Assembly (NCBI GenBank): GCA_951406725.2
Contig: OX597831.1
Location: 64,790,001 to 64,854,000, forward strand
DNA length: 64,000 nucleotides
Direction: 5' to 3'
From: Octopus vulgaris
Taxonomy: Eukaryota
The notes under the pieces were generated by a model, which worked only from the letters and a program-made list of their open reading frames with translations, had not been told where the DNA came from and did no database searches. Made by a program: the position numbers and the translations under genes. This document shows positions 26,356 through 40,050 of this stretch, piece by piece (positions within the stretch are counted from its first letter, which is position 1; each line of letters begins with the position of its first letter).

Positions 26356-26817
26356 GGATGGATGGGGGACCGAGTCGATGTATATTAGTGAATATGTGTG
26401 ATAGTGTATCAAAAATACATGTAAAATAAACATGGGTAGGTCTACCAAATATGTAAAACTGAGTAAGCTTCTAAAAAATATATGAGCGTATATGCAAATA
26501 CAATCATACTTTTTTTGTGTATGTGTGTATGTGTGAGAGAGAGAGAGTGAGAGGGAGAGAAGGGGGATGCGGAATCAGACGGTCCATGCTTAATGTTAAA
26601 ATCAATAAACTTTGGTAACTTTTTGTGACGGGTGACAAATGACTCAGATATTACATTTACATATTCTTGTGTGTACATACGTACGTGTGTATGTGTGTGT
26701 GTGAGAGAGAGAGAAGCGGGATGTGTTTCGCGCACTCGTGTGTGGACATATGTGTGCCTGTGCGTGTGTATGCATATGTGTGTGTGTGTGGTGAGGGTGA
26801 ATGTATGTGTGCGTGAG

Positions 26818-27203
26818 TGGAGGCGCAATGGCCCAGTGGTTAGGGCAGCGGACTCGCGGTCATAGGATCGCGGTTTCGATTCCCAGACCGGGCGTTGTGA
26901 GTGTTTATTGAGCGCAAACACCTAAAGCTCCACGAGGCTCCGGCAGGGGATGGTGGTGATCCCTGCTGTACTCTTTCACCACAACTTTCTCTCACTCTTA
27001 CTTCCTGTTTCTGTTGTACCTGTATTTCAAAGGGCCAGCCTTGTCACTCTCTGTGTCACGCTGAATATCCCCGAGAACTACGTTAAGGGTACACGTGTCT
27101 GTGGAATGCTCAGCCACTTACACGTTAATTTCACGAGCAGGCTGTTCCGTTGAACTGATCAACTGGAACCCTCGTCGTCGTAACCGACGGAGTGCTTCCA
27201 TCC
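26818..27203 (+). mobile_element. tRNA-derived SINE family C
   Basis: TGGCCCAGTGGTTAGGG A-box and GGTTTCGATTCCC B-box; head shared with the 62926 copy. Confidence 0.85.
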
Positions 27204-27321
27204 ATGTGTGCGTGTTTTAAACAACAGGACTTGGTGCGGATTTTTGTTATTGGGAGAAAAACAAAATTGTACAATACACAACGACTCGTTTGTGTGTGTG
27301 TGTGTGTGTGTGTATATATAG

Positions 27322-27655
27322 AGGCGTGGCTGTGTGGTAAAAAGTTTCCTTCCCGACCACATGGTTCCGGGTTCAGTCCCACTGCGTGACACCCTGGGAA
27401 AGTGTCTTCTACTATAGTCTCGGGCCGACCAAAGCCTTGTGAGTGGATTTGGTAGACGGAATCTGAAAGAAGCCCATCGTGCAAAAATATATGTGTGTGT
27501 ATGTGTGTGTGTGTGTATGTGTGTGTGTGTGTGTGTATTTGTGTGTGTCCCCCATCATCACTTGATCACCGGTGCTGATGTGTTTACTTCCCTACATCTT
27601 AGCAGTTCGGCAAAAAAGCGATAGAATAACTATTAGACTTTAAAAAATAAGTACC
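27322..27655 (+). mobile_element. SINE family B
   Basis: GGCGTGGCTGTGTGGTAA...GGTTCAGTCCCACTGCG head and part of the 3' half. Confidence 0.85.
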
Positions 27656-28201
27656 GCTCAGTCCTCACTCTGTAACTTTGGGTCACAGGCCGATTCTCGC
27701 CAATTCTAGATCGCGATTAGTAATCTTCAAAATGTTATAGATGTTCGTGTGACCCTTTTTTCCATGTCTTTTGATTCATTTGAACTGATACTGTCGAAAA
27801 ACACTAACTGTGACTTTTATTTTTTTACTTCAGAACCAGCGAGTCTTCAGTCTGTCATTCCTCGTGAACAGTTCGACCATGTGCTGCTGGAAAACCACAG
27901 ACAGCTGTGAGAATCAGACAACCTATGCCTGCTACGGTTAACCAGAAACAGAAATGTGGCTTTGTTGTACCACGCTGCGGTTCACCCAACCTGGCTCATT
28001 AAACGGATTTTGTACCCTCATGCTTTACGTTTCATTTTGAAGAAATTGTTGAAAGAAATGAGCAAAGACGAAGGCCACGAGCACAGGCCCTGCCTACAAA
28101 TCAAACAAATAAAAAGAATGTGCTTCATTCCTAATCTATCAGAAACTATCATACAGACGACCGAAATAAATCATCTAAGCATGTCGCTTCATCTTCCTCA
28201 C

Positions 28202-28590
28202 TTACTTACTCGTACTTGTGGCGACAGAAGCGGGTTGAGTCGGCTTCTTCTACCACCCTCAAGGCATCTCGAACCATGGCAAGAAGTTTCGTGGGAATAT
28301 AGATTTCACAAGCGGTCCCCAACAATCCCGCATGTAGAGACATCCTGTTTGCCGTAGATTATCCGCAGACGCAGGAACAGAACGACCGAGGAGTCGCCGG
28401 TTGCCGAAACAGACACTCCGAGGATTTTCACTAGAGCCCCTTTTTGGCGGGTTGTGGCTCTAATACTCGGTGTCAGACCAATCCGCCTTGGGTGGCCCTA
28501 CCAGGAACCGAAGTTTCCGACGGCATAGCTCTGACACTACCCGTTGCCAGTGCCCCCACCACGGTGAGGAGGGGATGGACTTTGGGGACG
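28202..28590 (-). mobile_element. Short non-autonomous RTE derivative (5' UTR fused to 3' end)
   Basis: Reverse complement contains GAGCTATGCCG...GTAGGGCCACCCAAGGCGGA (Bov-A/RTE 5' UTR-like) and ends in an (AGTA)n tail; degenerate TSD CATCTTCCTCAC/CATCTACATCAC. Confidence 0.65.
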
Positions 28591-29012
28591 CATCTACATC
28601 ACACATCACACAAGTAAAACACCCTAAGGAACCGAACAGTCCACACGCAGGAACTCTACGAACCTTGTAAAAACCTACTATCCATCACTCATCAACTAAG
28701 ATGACTCCATACTTAGACCTCTCGCGGAAATAGGTTTCACATTTATTGCCTACTTTGCGTCCACCTCCACAACATTCAGATTGATAACACTACTCTAAAA
28801 CATTCTTTCCCTGTTACAATAGTCATACAACATCCACATATATTATCCTCCTATGTTTTATATCGTCTAACTTTAATATTTCACTATGTTCTAAATGTGA
28901 AATAAGGTTGTAATATGTGAGAGTAATCTTAGTTTAAATGTCTTCTTTATCATGGTAACAATTAATTTTTTTATTTTTCATAGATGCTACAGTGCATCTA
29001 TTTTGTTTTCCA

Positions 29013-31025
29013 ACGAAATGTTTCAATAAAACGCGTATGTTCTTTACTTTTTTACCCCTCTATATAGATAAAGTGATCCTTGTGTAATGTTTGTCTAACT
29101 AACCTCTTTGTTCGTTATTTCGCATCTTAACAACAAAATTGTCAGTGTATATGGGAACTGCATCAAAACAATAAAACCAAGAACAATAATTCGGCCGACA
29201 ATGTCTAATTTTCACAAAAAATGGTTTCAAGTGGAGTTGGGAAAGTTTGAATCATTTTGGATATATAAATAAGGATAGAGGGGAAAAATTAGTGACACTA
29301 AGCGATGCTTGTCAAGACATTTCTAATGACCGAAGAGACATTTAAATGAAGCAAATTAAGTGGTTTAAGAATAATCCTTTCTACTTTAGGCACAAGGCCT
29401 GAAATTAGGGAGAGGAGGCAGGTCGATTACATCAACCCCAGCAATTAACTGATATTTATTTTATCGACCCCGAAGGATGAAAGGCAAAGTTGACATCGAC
29501 GGAATTTGAACTCGGAACGTTAAGACACGGTTCTTTTTGCCATGAAGTTTCCTAACTATAACATTAATCTTTGTTGTGACTAAACCTATTACGCTCATAA
29601 CTTTCCTTTCTAATCCTGTTTGCTACTACCCGGAAAGATTTCAGCTCCTAAGTTATCAGGCCATAGAAACGCGAGCAACTACTTTTTTTACCGCAATAAA
29701 GTCGATGACTCAAATAATTTCGAACGTTCTGTTTGAAATCTAAAACACAATCTTTTTGGCAAATCATCACATACGCATCTCTGTAAAACGTATCCAATTA
29801 ATTGCCTTTGAACTACGAAGTCGGAGGAAGTGAAATCGATAATTTATAGTATTAGACATATTTGAATTTTGTTTTTACCCTTCCGAGGTCGATACAATTC
29901 AAACCCTTTATTTTATTAAAATTTTATTAAAATAAGAAGAATCACTTTATAAAAGAGTACGAGTTTATGCACTGCAAGCTACTCGTAAATCGATGAAAAA
30001 GGAATTTTCATAATGCTCCAGATTGATAAACAAATTTGTTAGGATCAAGCCATAATTTAATGACGAAATTACCAGATTTACATGTTTCAATATAAAAGGC
30101 TAACCGTTCAATATTTCAAATTCGGTGAATTGTAATTAATTTGAATCAATTTATTTTTTTGTTAATCCTTCATCTTTTCTCAGTATCTTAAACCTTCCTC
30201 CATTTATTTTCTCTCTCGTCAGTATTCTTTTCATTATTTATTTCACATTCTATCCTTTCAATCGTTCAGTTCAATTGATCATAGCTTTTTGTTTTGTATT
30301 TATAAAACCAAATTGTAAAGTGACAGGCAAAAATCTCAGCTGATTCTAGTCCTAGTCCTATTCTCCCTTGATTAACTACAAAAGGAGAATCTTGCCAATT
30401 GTCTTTAGTTCGTTATTTGTAAAGTTGCTTTAATTATTATCAAACCACTAAAGGCGGTGAGGGGGCGGAATTGCTACCTCGCCGGGCAAAATGCCTAGCA
30501 GCATTTCGTCCATCTAAACGTTCCGAGTTCAAATTCCAACGAGGTTGACTTTGCCTTTCATCCTTCGGGGTCGATAAAATAAATATCAGTTAATTGCTGG
30601 GGGTTGATGTAATCAACCTGCCTCCTCTCCCTAATTTCAGACCTCGTGCCTAAAGTAGAAAGGATTATTCTTAAACCACTTAATTTGCTTCATTTAAATG
30701 TCTCTTCGGTCATTAGAAATGTCTTGGCAAGCAACGCTTAGTGTCACTGATTTCCCCTCTATCCTTATTTATAGATCCAAAATGTTTCAAACTTTCCCAA
30801 CTCCACTTGAAACCATTTTTGTGAGAATTACACACTGTCGGCCGAATTATTGTTCTTGGTTTTATTGTTTTGATGCGGTTCCCATATACACTGACAATTT
30901 TGTTGTTAAGATGCGAAATAATGAACAAAGAGGTTAGTTAGACAAACATTACACAAGGATCACTTTATCTATATAGAGAGGTAAAAAAAAGTAAAGAACA
31001 TACGCTTTTTATTGAAACATTTCGT
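29013..31025. repeat. Inverted duplication with about 510-bp arms and about 1-kb spacer
   Basis: 29013-29525 is the reverse complement of about 30514-31025 with scattered mismatches. Confidence 0.95.
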
Positions 31026-31403
31026 CGTTCAACGAATATTAAATATATTTAAAAAATGGGGAAAGAAGAGAGGTATTAAAGGAAGGAGCTAATAAAATAA
31101 CGAACAGTGGTAGACAGACAAGCGTGATCTGTTAATAAAAAGCCCCCTTTTCCACTCAACAATGTTCCATTGTTGTATTTTGCAAAACTTTAATATTTAT
31201 TGGGTTTATAAAGTTTCGAGCGGAAACAGTTTACACATTAACGCCTCACATCATCTGAGAAGACCACGGCTAACATTAGTTTTGTTATCATAGCAATAAC
31301 GTAGAAGCTTGTTGCCACAAAACGTTAGCAGTGTTCTTTTGCAAGAAGCTGTCCTCACGATATTATAAGCTAACACAATATACAATTAATATAACAGTTT
31401 TGA

Positions 31404-31829
31404 GGATCTTTTCGGTTTGAACGGCAGTTTTTTTCTAGCGGTGTCATATGAAATTGTCACCCATAATTATGACCCTTGTATCGATCTATTGCATTTCAAT
31501 CTGTTTTTGGGTTAGGGTTAGGGTTAGGGGTGGGGAAAGGGTATCTTTTTTTCTTCACAAATGTAAATAAACCCAATCTGTTTCTTAAACGAGGGACATG
31601 TTCATACAGTACAGAATGTTTTTTTTACCTCAATACACGTCATTGATTGGTTGAAATTGCAGAAATTGAAGAAAAAACAACAACAAATATCTTACAAATT
31701 ATAGAATTTTCTCAATAAAGCCAAGAGAAAAAGATGTTTTATAAACACATTCTACCAGTATACGAAGTTTAAAATGTTTTAGTTACCTAGAAATTATGTT
31801 AAAAACTGCCGTTCAAACCGAAAAGACCC
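31404..31829 (+). mobile_element. Third copy of the TTAGGG-carrying MITE
   Basis: Same TIRs and body as 8455-8864; imperfect TSD (CAGTTTT..). Confidence 0.85.
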
Positions 31830-31859
31830 CAGTTTTATGGAGAGCTCTGTAGATATCTT

Positions 31860-32230
31860 TTATCTTTTATTTGTTTCAGTCATGCTGGGACATTTCCAAG
31901 CTGGAGCACCGCCTTGAAGAATCGACCCCAGTATTTATTTTATTTTTAAAGTCTGGTATTTATTTCATCGATCATTTTTGTTGAACCGCTAATTACGAGG
32001 ATGTAAACACACCAGCACCGGTTGTCAAGGGGTGTGTGTGCAAAAAGAAACACAAAGACAGATATATATGACGGGCTTCTTTCAGTTTTTGCCTACCACA
32101 TCCTCACAAAAAGGTTTTGTTGGCCTGAAACAATTTTGTAGAAGACACTCGCCCAAGGTTCCACGCAGTGGAACTGAACCCCAAACCGCGTGGTTGAGAA
32201 AAAAACTTCATACCACACAGACATACCCGC
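31860..32230 (-). mobile_element. SINE family B, degenerate
   Basis: Reverse complement of family B tail and head. Confidence 0.75.
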
Positions 32231-32755
32231 GCCAATAGAACAAATATTAAAAGAAAGTGATACGGTTTCAATCCTGATTTAAACTATCCTACTGCTATTA
32301 TATGATGTCACTTATGCAGTCGAAAACAAATGAATTAAGTTTCCTGTTAATTAGTCAGAGGAGGAAGAGGATTGACCATAATCATTGGGTCCCAAATTGT
32401 AGACTAGTGAGATTGATGTGGTCGATATCGGTTGATATCGGAGATATAGAGAGGATAGGGTTGGAGGAATAATGTCTTATTAACAGATGAAAGTAGTAAC
32501 GATACTGAAAAGAAATGTTTATCACCCCACCAATATGGCTGTTCGACGTTTCTACCGTTTTAACCCCAGGCAGATCCTCCGCCAGCTGGTTACCGGTGCA
32601 ACCTGCACTTTGTATATATATATATATTGCAAGCAGGGGAGCGAACCCATACTATCCTCTAGCAGACGATGGTTTCGGGCTAGTTGTGCTCATCCTCAGT
32701 CGTGAACACCCGACTAGCTGGACCTGCCTGGGATTAAAACGGCAGTAATATCGAG

Positions 32756-32813
<58 letters not shown>

Positions 32814-32815
<2 letters not shown>

Positions 32816-33180
32816 CAAAATTAGAAAATGGAGAAACATACTTAAATCAATCAAACATCAACCATCAGATGATACCCAATCAATACTTTATTACACCATT
32901 ACATAACAGCAAAGGCATTATACAAAATATATTGTAAATATAATTAGACAAGGAAATAGAAATATAAAATATAAAATATATATATATAATTATAATTAAT
33001 TATAATTATATATTATATTTTATATTTTATATTTCTATTTCCTTGTCTAATTATATTTACAATATATTTTGTATAATGCCTTTGCTGTTATGTAATGGTG
33101 TAATAAAGTATTGATTGGGTATCATCTGATGGTTGATGTTTGATTGATTTAAGTATGTTTCTCCATTTTCTAATTTTGTA
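32814..33180. repeat. Essentially perfect palindrome with about 167-bp arms between (TA)n tracts
   Basis: 32814-32980 is the reverse complement of 33014-33180; the centre is also self-complementary. Confidence 0.95.
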
Positions 33181-33344
33181 GTATTAATTTACGGTAATAT
33201 TTTTACCTTTGCCCACATAATACAGTAGATGAATTAATTGCATGACAATTTTTAACATTTATGTATTAGTCTTGTTGGGTACCTCTCTAGCAGTATATTG
33301 GATATATGTTATCCCATGGTGGGTTGAATTTTCAACCCCTATCT

Positions 33345-33419
<75 letters not shown>

Positions 33420-33422
<3 letters not shown>

Positions 33423-33680
33423 TTTTTCCAAACGGGAAAACAGAAAAAACAACGTTCTTCTCTAGATCTTTCCTTTTCCTATGTTTCTGATGAAGAGCTC
33501 CGCTCGAAACGTAAAACCCTCCTTCTTCCCTTCCTTCCAGAGCGTCCAATAATACTATACTTGTTCCACGTCCTCGCGTTGTTGTGTTTTCTCTTTGTGT
33601 TTTCATGTTTGGATTAACTGTTCCACCTCCTTGTGTTGTTATTTTTTCTGTTTTTCTGTTTTCTCGTTTGGATTAACCCT
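33420..33680 (+). mobile_element. PLE-like terminal repeat fragment with partial tandem duplication of its 3' end, embedded in (TA)n
   Basis: Homologous to 11451-11640; GTTCCAC...TTTGGATTAAC occurs twice (about 33563-33619 and 33620-33678). Confidence 0.7.
33483..33517 (+). ncRNA. Minimal type I hammerhead ribozyme with canonical core
   Basis: GTTT-CTGATGA-A-GAGC-TCC-GCTC-GAAA-CGTA-AAAC; palindromic ACGT stem III. Confidence 0.8.
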
Positions 33681-33699
33681 TATATATATATATATATAT

Positions 33700-33797
<98 letters not shown>

Positions 33798-35223
33798 ACT
33801 ACCAATATAGGATAAAAAATTTTTCAGAAAATATTTCATCAAAAGTGGCAGCACATCATCTAATGTTTTTTTTTACCTATCTGCGTCATTTATTAATAAC
33901 ACAGAAAGCTTGTTACAAGAATATATTGTCAACATATCTTATAACTATATTATAAGCTCAATAAATATAATATTATATATATCTGACCTGTCAGATATGA
34001 TATTTTCCTCTCAGTAACTTTATTTCTTTTCTAGTCTATTATATTTACAAATTATGTTAAAAACTGCCGAAACGTATCAAACCAATATTGGGCAATTCCT
34101 TCAGTTTTATGGAGATCTGTTAATCTTAGGGGTCTTTTATCCGTTTGTATTTATAGTATAGGGACATTTACAGTACCGCCAAAAGTTGACCCCATTAAAA
34201 ACGGTTGATTTTTTTTTCTGTTTTTAACATGTTTTCTGGTTATATTCATACGTATATATGTATATTGATTGTTATCCGCGGGTTGAATTTTAACAGGACC
34301 AAGGTATAAATACACAACCAAATATCTATACATGTTATCATATAGATATTTTCTCAATAGTAAGACCGGTAAAGAAATAAACATCTTTTAGAAGTTTAAC
34401 AAGAATTCTTTACAGTATTATATTATTAAAAACTGCCTCAGGAAAAGGTTTTGTTGGTTTAGCGAGAAAGCTACTTTGTAGATATCTTTTATCATATCAT
34501 ATTTGTTTCAGGTGAAACTGCAGGAGTGATTTCAAGGAGCAGTGGTTGAAAAAAAACTTTATTTTATTTTTAAATAAAAAAATTTATACATACTATAAAC
34601 ATATATATATAAAGGGAGGTAATCGGTTTCTGCAAAGAAATCCTGATTTAAACTTCCTGTACTGGCTATATATATGACTATATTATTTATATACAAAAAT
34701 TACAAAAAGTTTTGTTAAACAGAGGAAAGAGAGAATTTTCCGTATAATTCCTTTCCACGTAGAATTGACACACAGTGAGTATATAAAGTATCCCCATATA
34801 CATCATGACTACATACAATATACCCACACGACACAGGATAATATTAAGATACATAGCTGTATCCTGATTAATAAACTATCCTCCTAGGGCTATATAGTGA
34901 GTACACTTAGCATACGAAACAGTATACAATGTTTATATATATATATATACAACCATATAGGCTGTCCCAAATGTAGACTATAATTATTATTATCGCGTTT
35001 TTATTCCTATAGAGAGGATAGGGTTGTTATCTCTGATCCCTTCCCCTGGTCTGACCGTAACGCATCCCTGAAAGTAAATATTCCTATATTTGTTCGACGT
35101 TTCTACCTTCCAGAGTGAACTAATATCCTCAGCATAGTGGTTTGCTACCTTTTGTATCATCTTCAGTTGTTTTTAGACATAAACTCTATAGCATACACTG
35201 TGTTCGGCAGCTAATAGCACGTT

Positions 35224-35293
<70 letters not shown>

Positions 35294-35389
35294 TAAACAT
35301 ATATATATATATATACCAGGGTAATAAAGATTTTAGAAATGCTTACTTCCTGTGGCCTAGCGTCTAGAAAAATTAATCAATAGACTATA

Positions 35390-37161
<1,772 letters not shown>

Positions 37162-37183
37162 TTATTATTATTGTTGTTGTTGT

Positions 37184-39404
37184 TTTAGTCGTCGGTGAGT
37201 AAAGAAGTGTTTATTTTTTTGAATTCCGTGAACAGTTGTCGTTTTGTGGAAAAATTGTTGAACGTCTGTTTTTTCTTGCAAAATTATCGTTACAAGGTAA
37301 CTGCCTGCTTGAGGAGCTAGTTTCTGTTGAAAAAGGCCCCCTTTACGTGGCTTAAATACCCACTTTTTCGAAAAGTTTTCGAAGAAAAAATAAAAACATT
37401 AGTGACTGAACGAGACTGAGAGCGGGAGGGTGAACAGCCGATTCAAGGAAGACTTCTCCGCCCTCACCACCACTGTTGTTTCTGCACAAGAGAAGGAGGA
37501 AGAGAGGAAAGAAGAAAGAAAACAGGAGAGAAAGAATGACACTGAAACTGTTACCACTACCACAAACACGAACAGCAACAACAATAATAAGCCAAGCATC
37601 AACGGTAGCAAATACCGAAACCCTGGACGGGGGAATCATTCGGCTCGTCCGTCGATGAAGAGCGCGGCTATCCGCGGTTGGATCGCTGATTTGTACAGCG
37701 GTATCTCCTCGGTTGTTCAGGTGAATGGTCACCTGTAAGAACCATTCAGCATCTTGTGCTCGGTCCGGCAAGGGTGCCCTATCTCCTCCCTTCCGTATGT
37801 ACTGACTCTTGAGCCCCTACTGCGGAAGTTTGAGGCATTGAGCGGTATTCCGCGTGACCTAGGGTGTGGGAGGAACGTGTCTGCTTATGTCGACGATGTC
37901 ACCGTCATAGTGTCAAGCCACAAGCACATAGACCTGATAGGCGACACACTTCAAGAATATGAAGCGGTGACAGGAGCTTCATATTCTTGTAGTGATGCGG
38001 AAAAACCAGAGGGCTTGCAACTTCGGCACCTGGAAAAGCAAGTCCATGCCGTCCAACAGCATCGTGGGGCGCTGGACAGACGGTCCGGTTAAATTGCTTG
38101 GGGTCTGGTTCGGTCCAGACCTCCAAGTGGAGAAAAACTGGGACGAGGTGACGAACAGGGTGGCCAATCTCACCCAGAAATGGGCCGAAAGAAAGCTGTC
38201 GCTGAAAGATCGAGCACGGGTGGCGATGGCGTACATCGCATCCGTCATCTATTACCGCTTGGCCGTCGTCCCTTTCCCCTTAAGTTGGTTGAACAGGCTG
38301 GTTCGCTTACTCTTCCGCTTTCTGTGAAGGGGTCGCGTTTCGCTGGTAAGGTGCTCCATCTACTGTCAACAGCTGCTGAATTGGGGCCTGGGCATGCGCT
38401 CAGGCTACGGCATCTCCAGTGTTTCTTTGACGGTGAGCAGGTGTGTTTGCCGTTTGTCTGAATCGCTCTTCTACAGCTAGTCTCTTTGAGCTGCAAACCT
38501 GGATTGGGCGTAAACCGAGGAGGGGCGCTTGGCACCCCGAGTGTCGTGAAGCGCTCACAGTCCTCCACCAGGCGGGCAATGCGATCAGTGGTAGAGGGTT
38601 AGTGGAGGAAAAGTGCGACGACGTTTAAGGGGGAAACGCTGGGCGTCGATGAAGACCAACTGACCGGTCTATTCCGGAGGACTTTCGGGCCTGGAGCTAT
38701 AGATAACTTTCAGAAATCCCTGGCCTGGCAGTGCTACAGAGGAACGTTACCCGTTCGGGATAACCTTTACAGGCACGGAAGTGCCGTCAGCCGAGCCTGT
38801 CCGAGGTGCGCGCAGAGGGACGAAACCGTTCTGCACGCCCTCGTCCAGTGCCTGAGCATTCGTGACCTGTAGGTTTATGTCCAACACCTGCTGTCACGTG
38901 TTGGACGGACCTGGCTATCAGCTGAATCTATAATGAAAATTTCCCCGCCACCCTCCTTTGGCCGGGAGGGGCAAGCAATTTTTATTTGTCTGGTGGCTGC
39001 AGCAAAAGAGGTAGTGTGGCGGACGCGTTTGAAAGGACTGAAGACAGACACTTTCCTCTTTGGCCAAACCCTCATAAGCTTTTTCAAGTTTCATTTGAAA
39101 AGGAAAGTGAGGATGGAGAGGGAAGGGTTGTCTTCTTGCAAATTTTTTGAAAGGTGGGTGAATGTCGGCAAAATGGCCAGTGTGAAATGACCCATTTTGA
39201 GTATGCGCCTGTGAAAAATAAAAGAAGGGCTCTTGCTTTGGTGGTTAGGCATCCGTGTTTTTTGTGGGATTTTCCACGAGTAGTCTTAAATGACCTCCCT
39301 CTCTTAGGAGTTTTATTTGTTTAATTTTGTTTGTTATTTTATTTACACGTTTTAAAACCCTTATTTACACTTTTTAAAACCCTTACACGTTTTAAAACCC
39401 TTAT
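37184..39404 (+). mobile_element. Tx1/L1-clade non-LTR retrotransposon, internally deleted and pseudogenised
   Basis: RT motifs VRQGCPISSLPYVLTLEPLL, AYVDDVTV and LLGVWFG; C-terminal CPRCAQRDETVLHALVQC zinc finger; frameshifts and stops. Confidence 0.9.
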
Positions 39405-39412
39405 TATTACTA

Positions 39413-39614
39413 AGGTGTCGAGCTGGCAGAATCGATAGCACGCCGGATGAAATGCTTAACTGTATTTCGTCTGCTTCTGCGTTCTGAGTTCAAATTCCGC
39501 CGAGGTTGACTTTGCCTTTCATCCTTTCGAGGTCGGTAAATTAAGTACCAGTGAAACACTAGTCTCGCTGTAATTGACTAGTCACCTCCCACCAAATTTC
39601 AGGCTTTGTGCCTT

Positions 39615-39673
<59 letters not shown>

Positions 39674-39808
39674 TTCGGGCGGAGTGCTGGCAGAATCCTT
39701 AGCGAACTGTACAAATGCTTAGTCGCATTTCTTCTGGCTCTTTGCGTTCTGAGTTAAAATCCTGTCAACGTGAGGTTTGCCTTTCATCCGCTCAGAGTCG
39801 ATACAATA
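39413..39808 (+). mobile_element. Two SINE family A copies separated by (TAG)n
   Basis: GGTGTCGAGCTGGCAGA and GGCGGAGTGCTGGCAGA heads with family A core. Confidence 0.85.
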
Positions 39809-39844
39809 CATACGTGTGTGTGTTTGTGTTTATGTGTGTGTTTA

Positions 39845-39883
<39 letters not shown>

Positions 39884-40019
39884 TTGTGTGTGTGTGTAGA
39901 TAGATAGAATTACATGCATACATACATATACATATATATACACTGCATATGTATTTATACATACGTGCATATATACATACACACATATTATACATATATA
40001 TATATGTATATATGTATAC

Positions 40020-40050
<31 letters not shown>

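Noticed and set aside
26818-26893. tRNA-like sequence with A and B boxes (also at 62926)
   Set aside because: Continues into a SINE body, no proper acceptor stem, TSD-flanked; not a tRNA gene
31508-31535. TTAGGG repeats as telomere or fusion relic
   Set aside because: Only 2-3 units and an internal part of a MITE present three times
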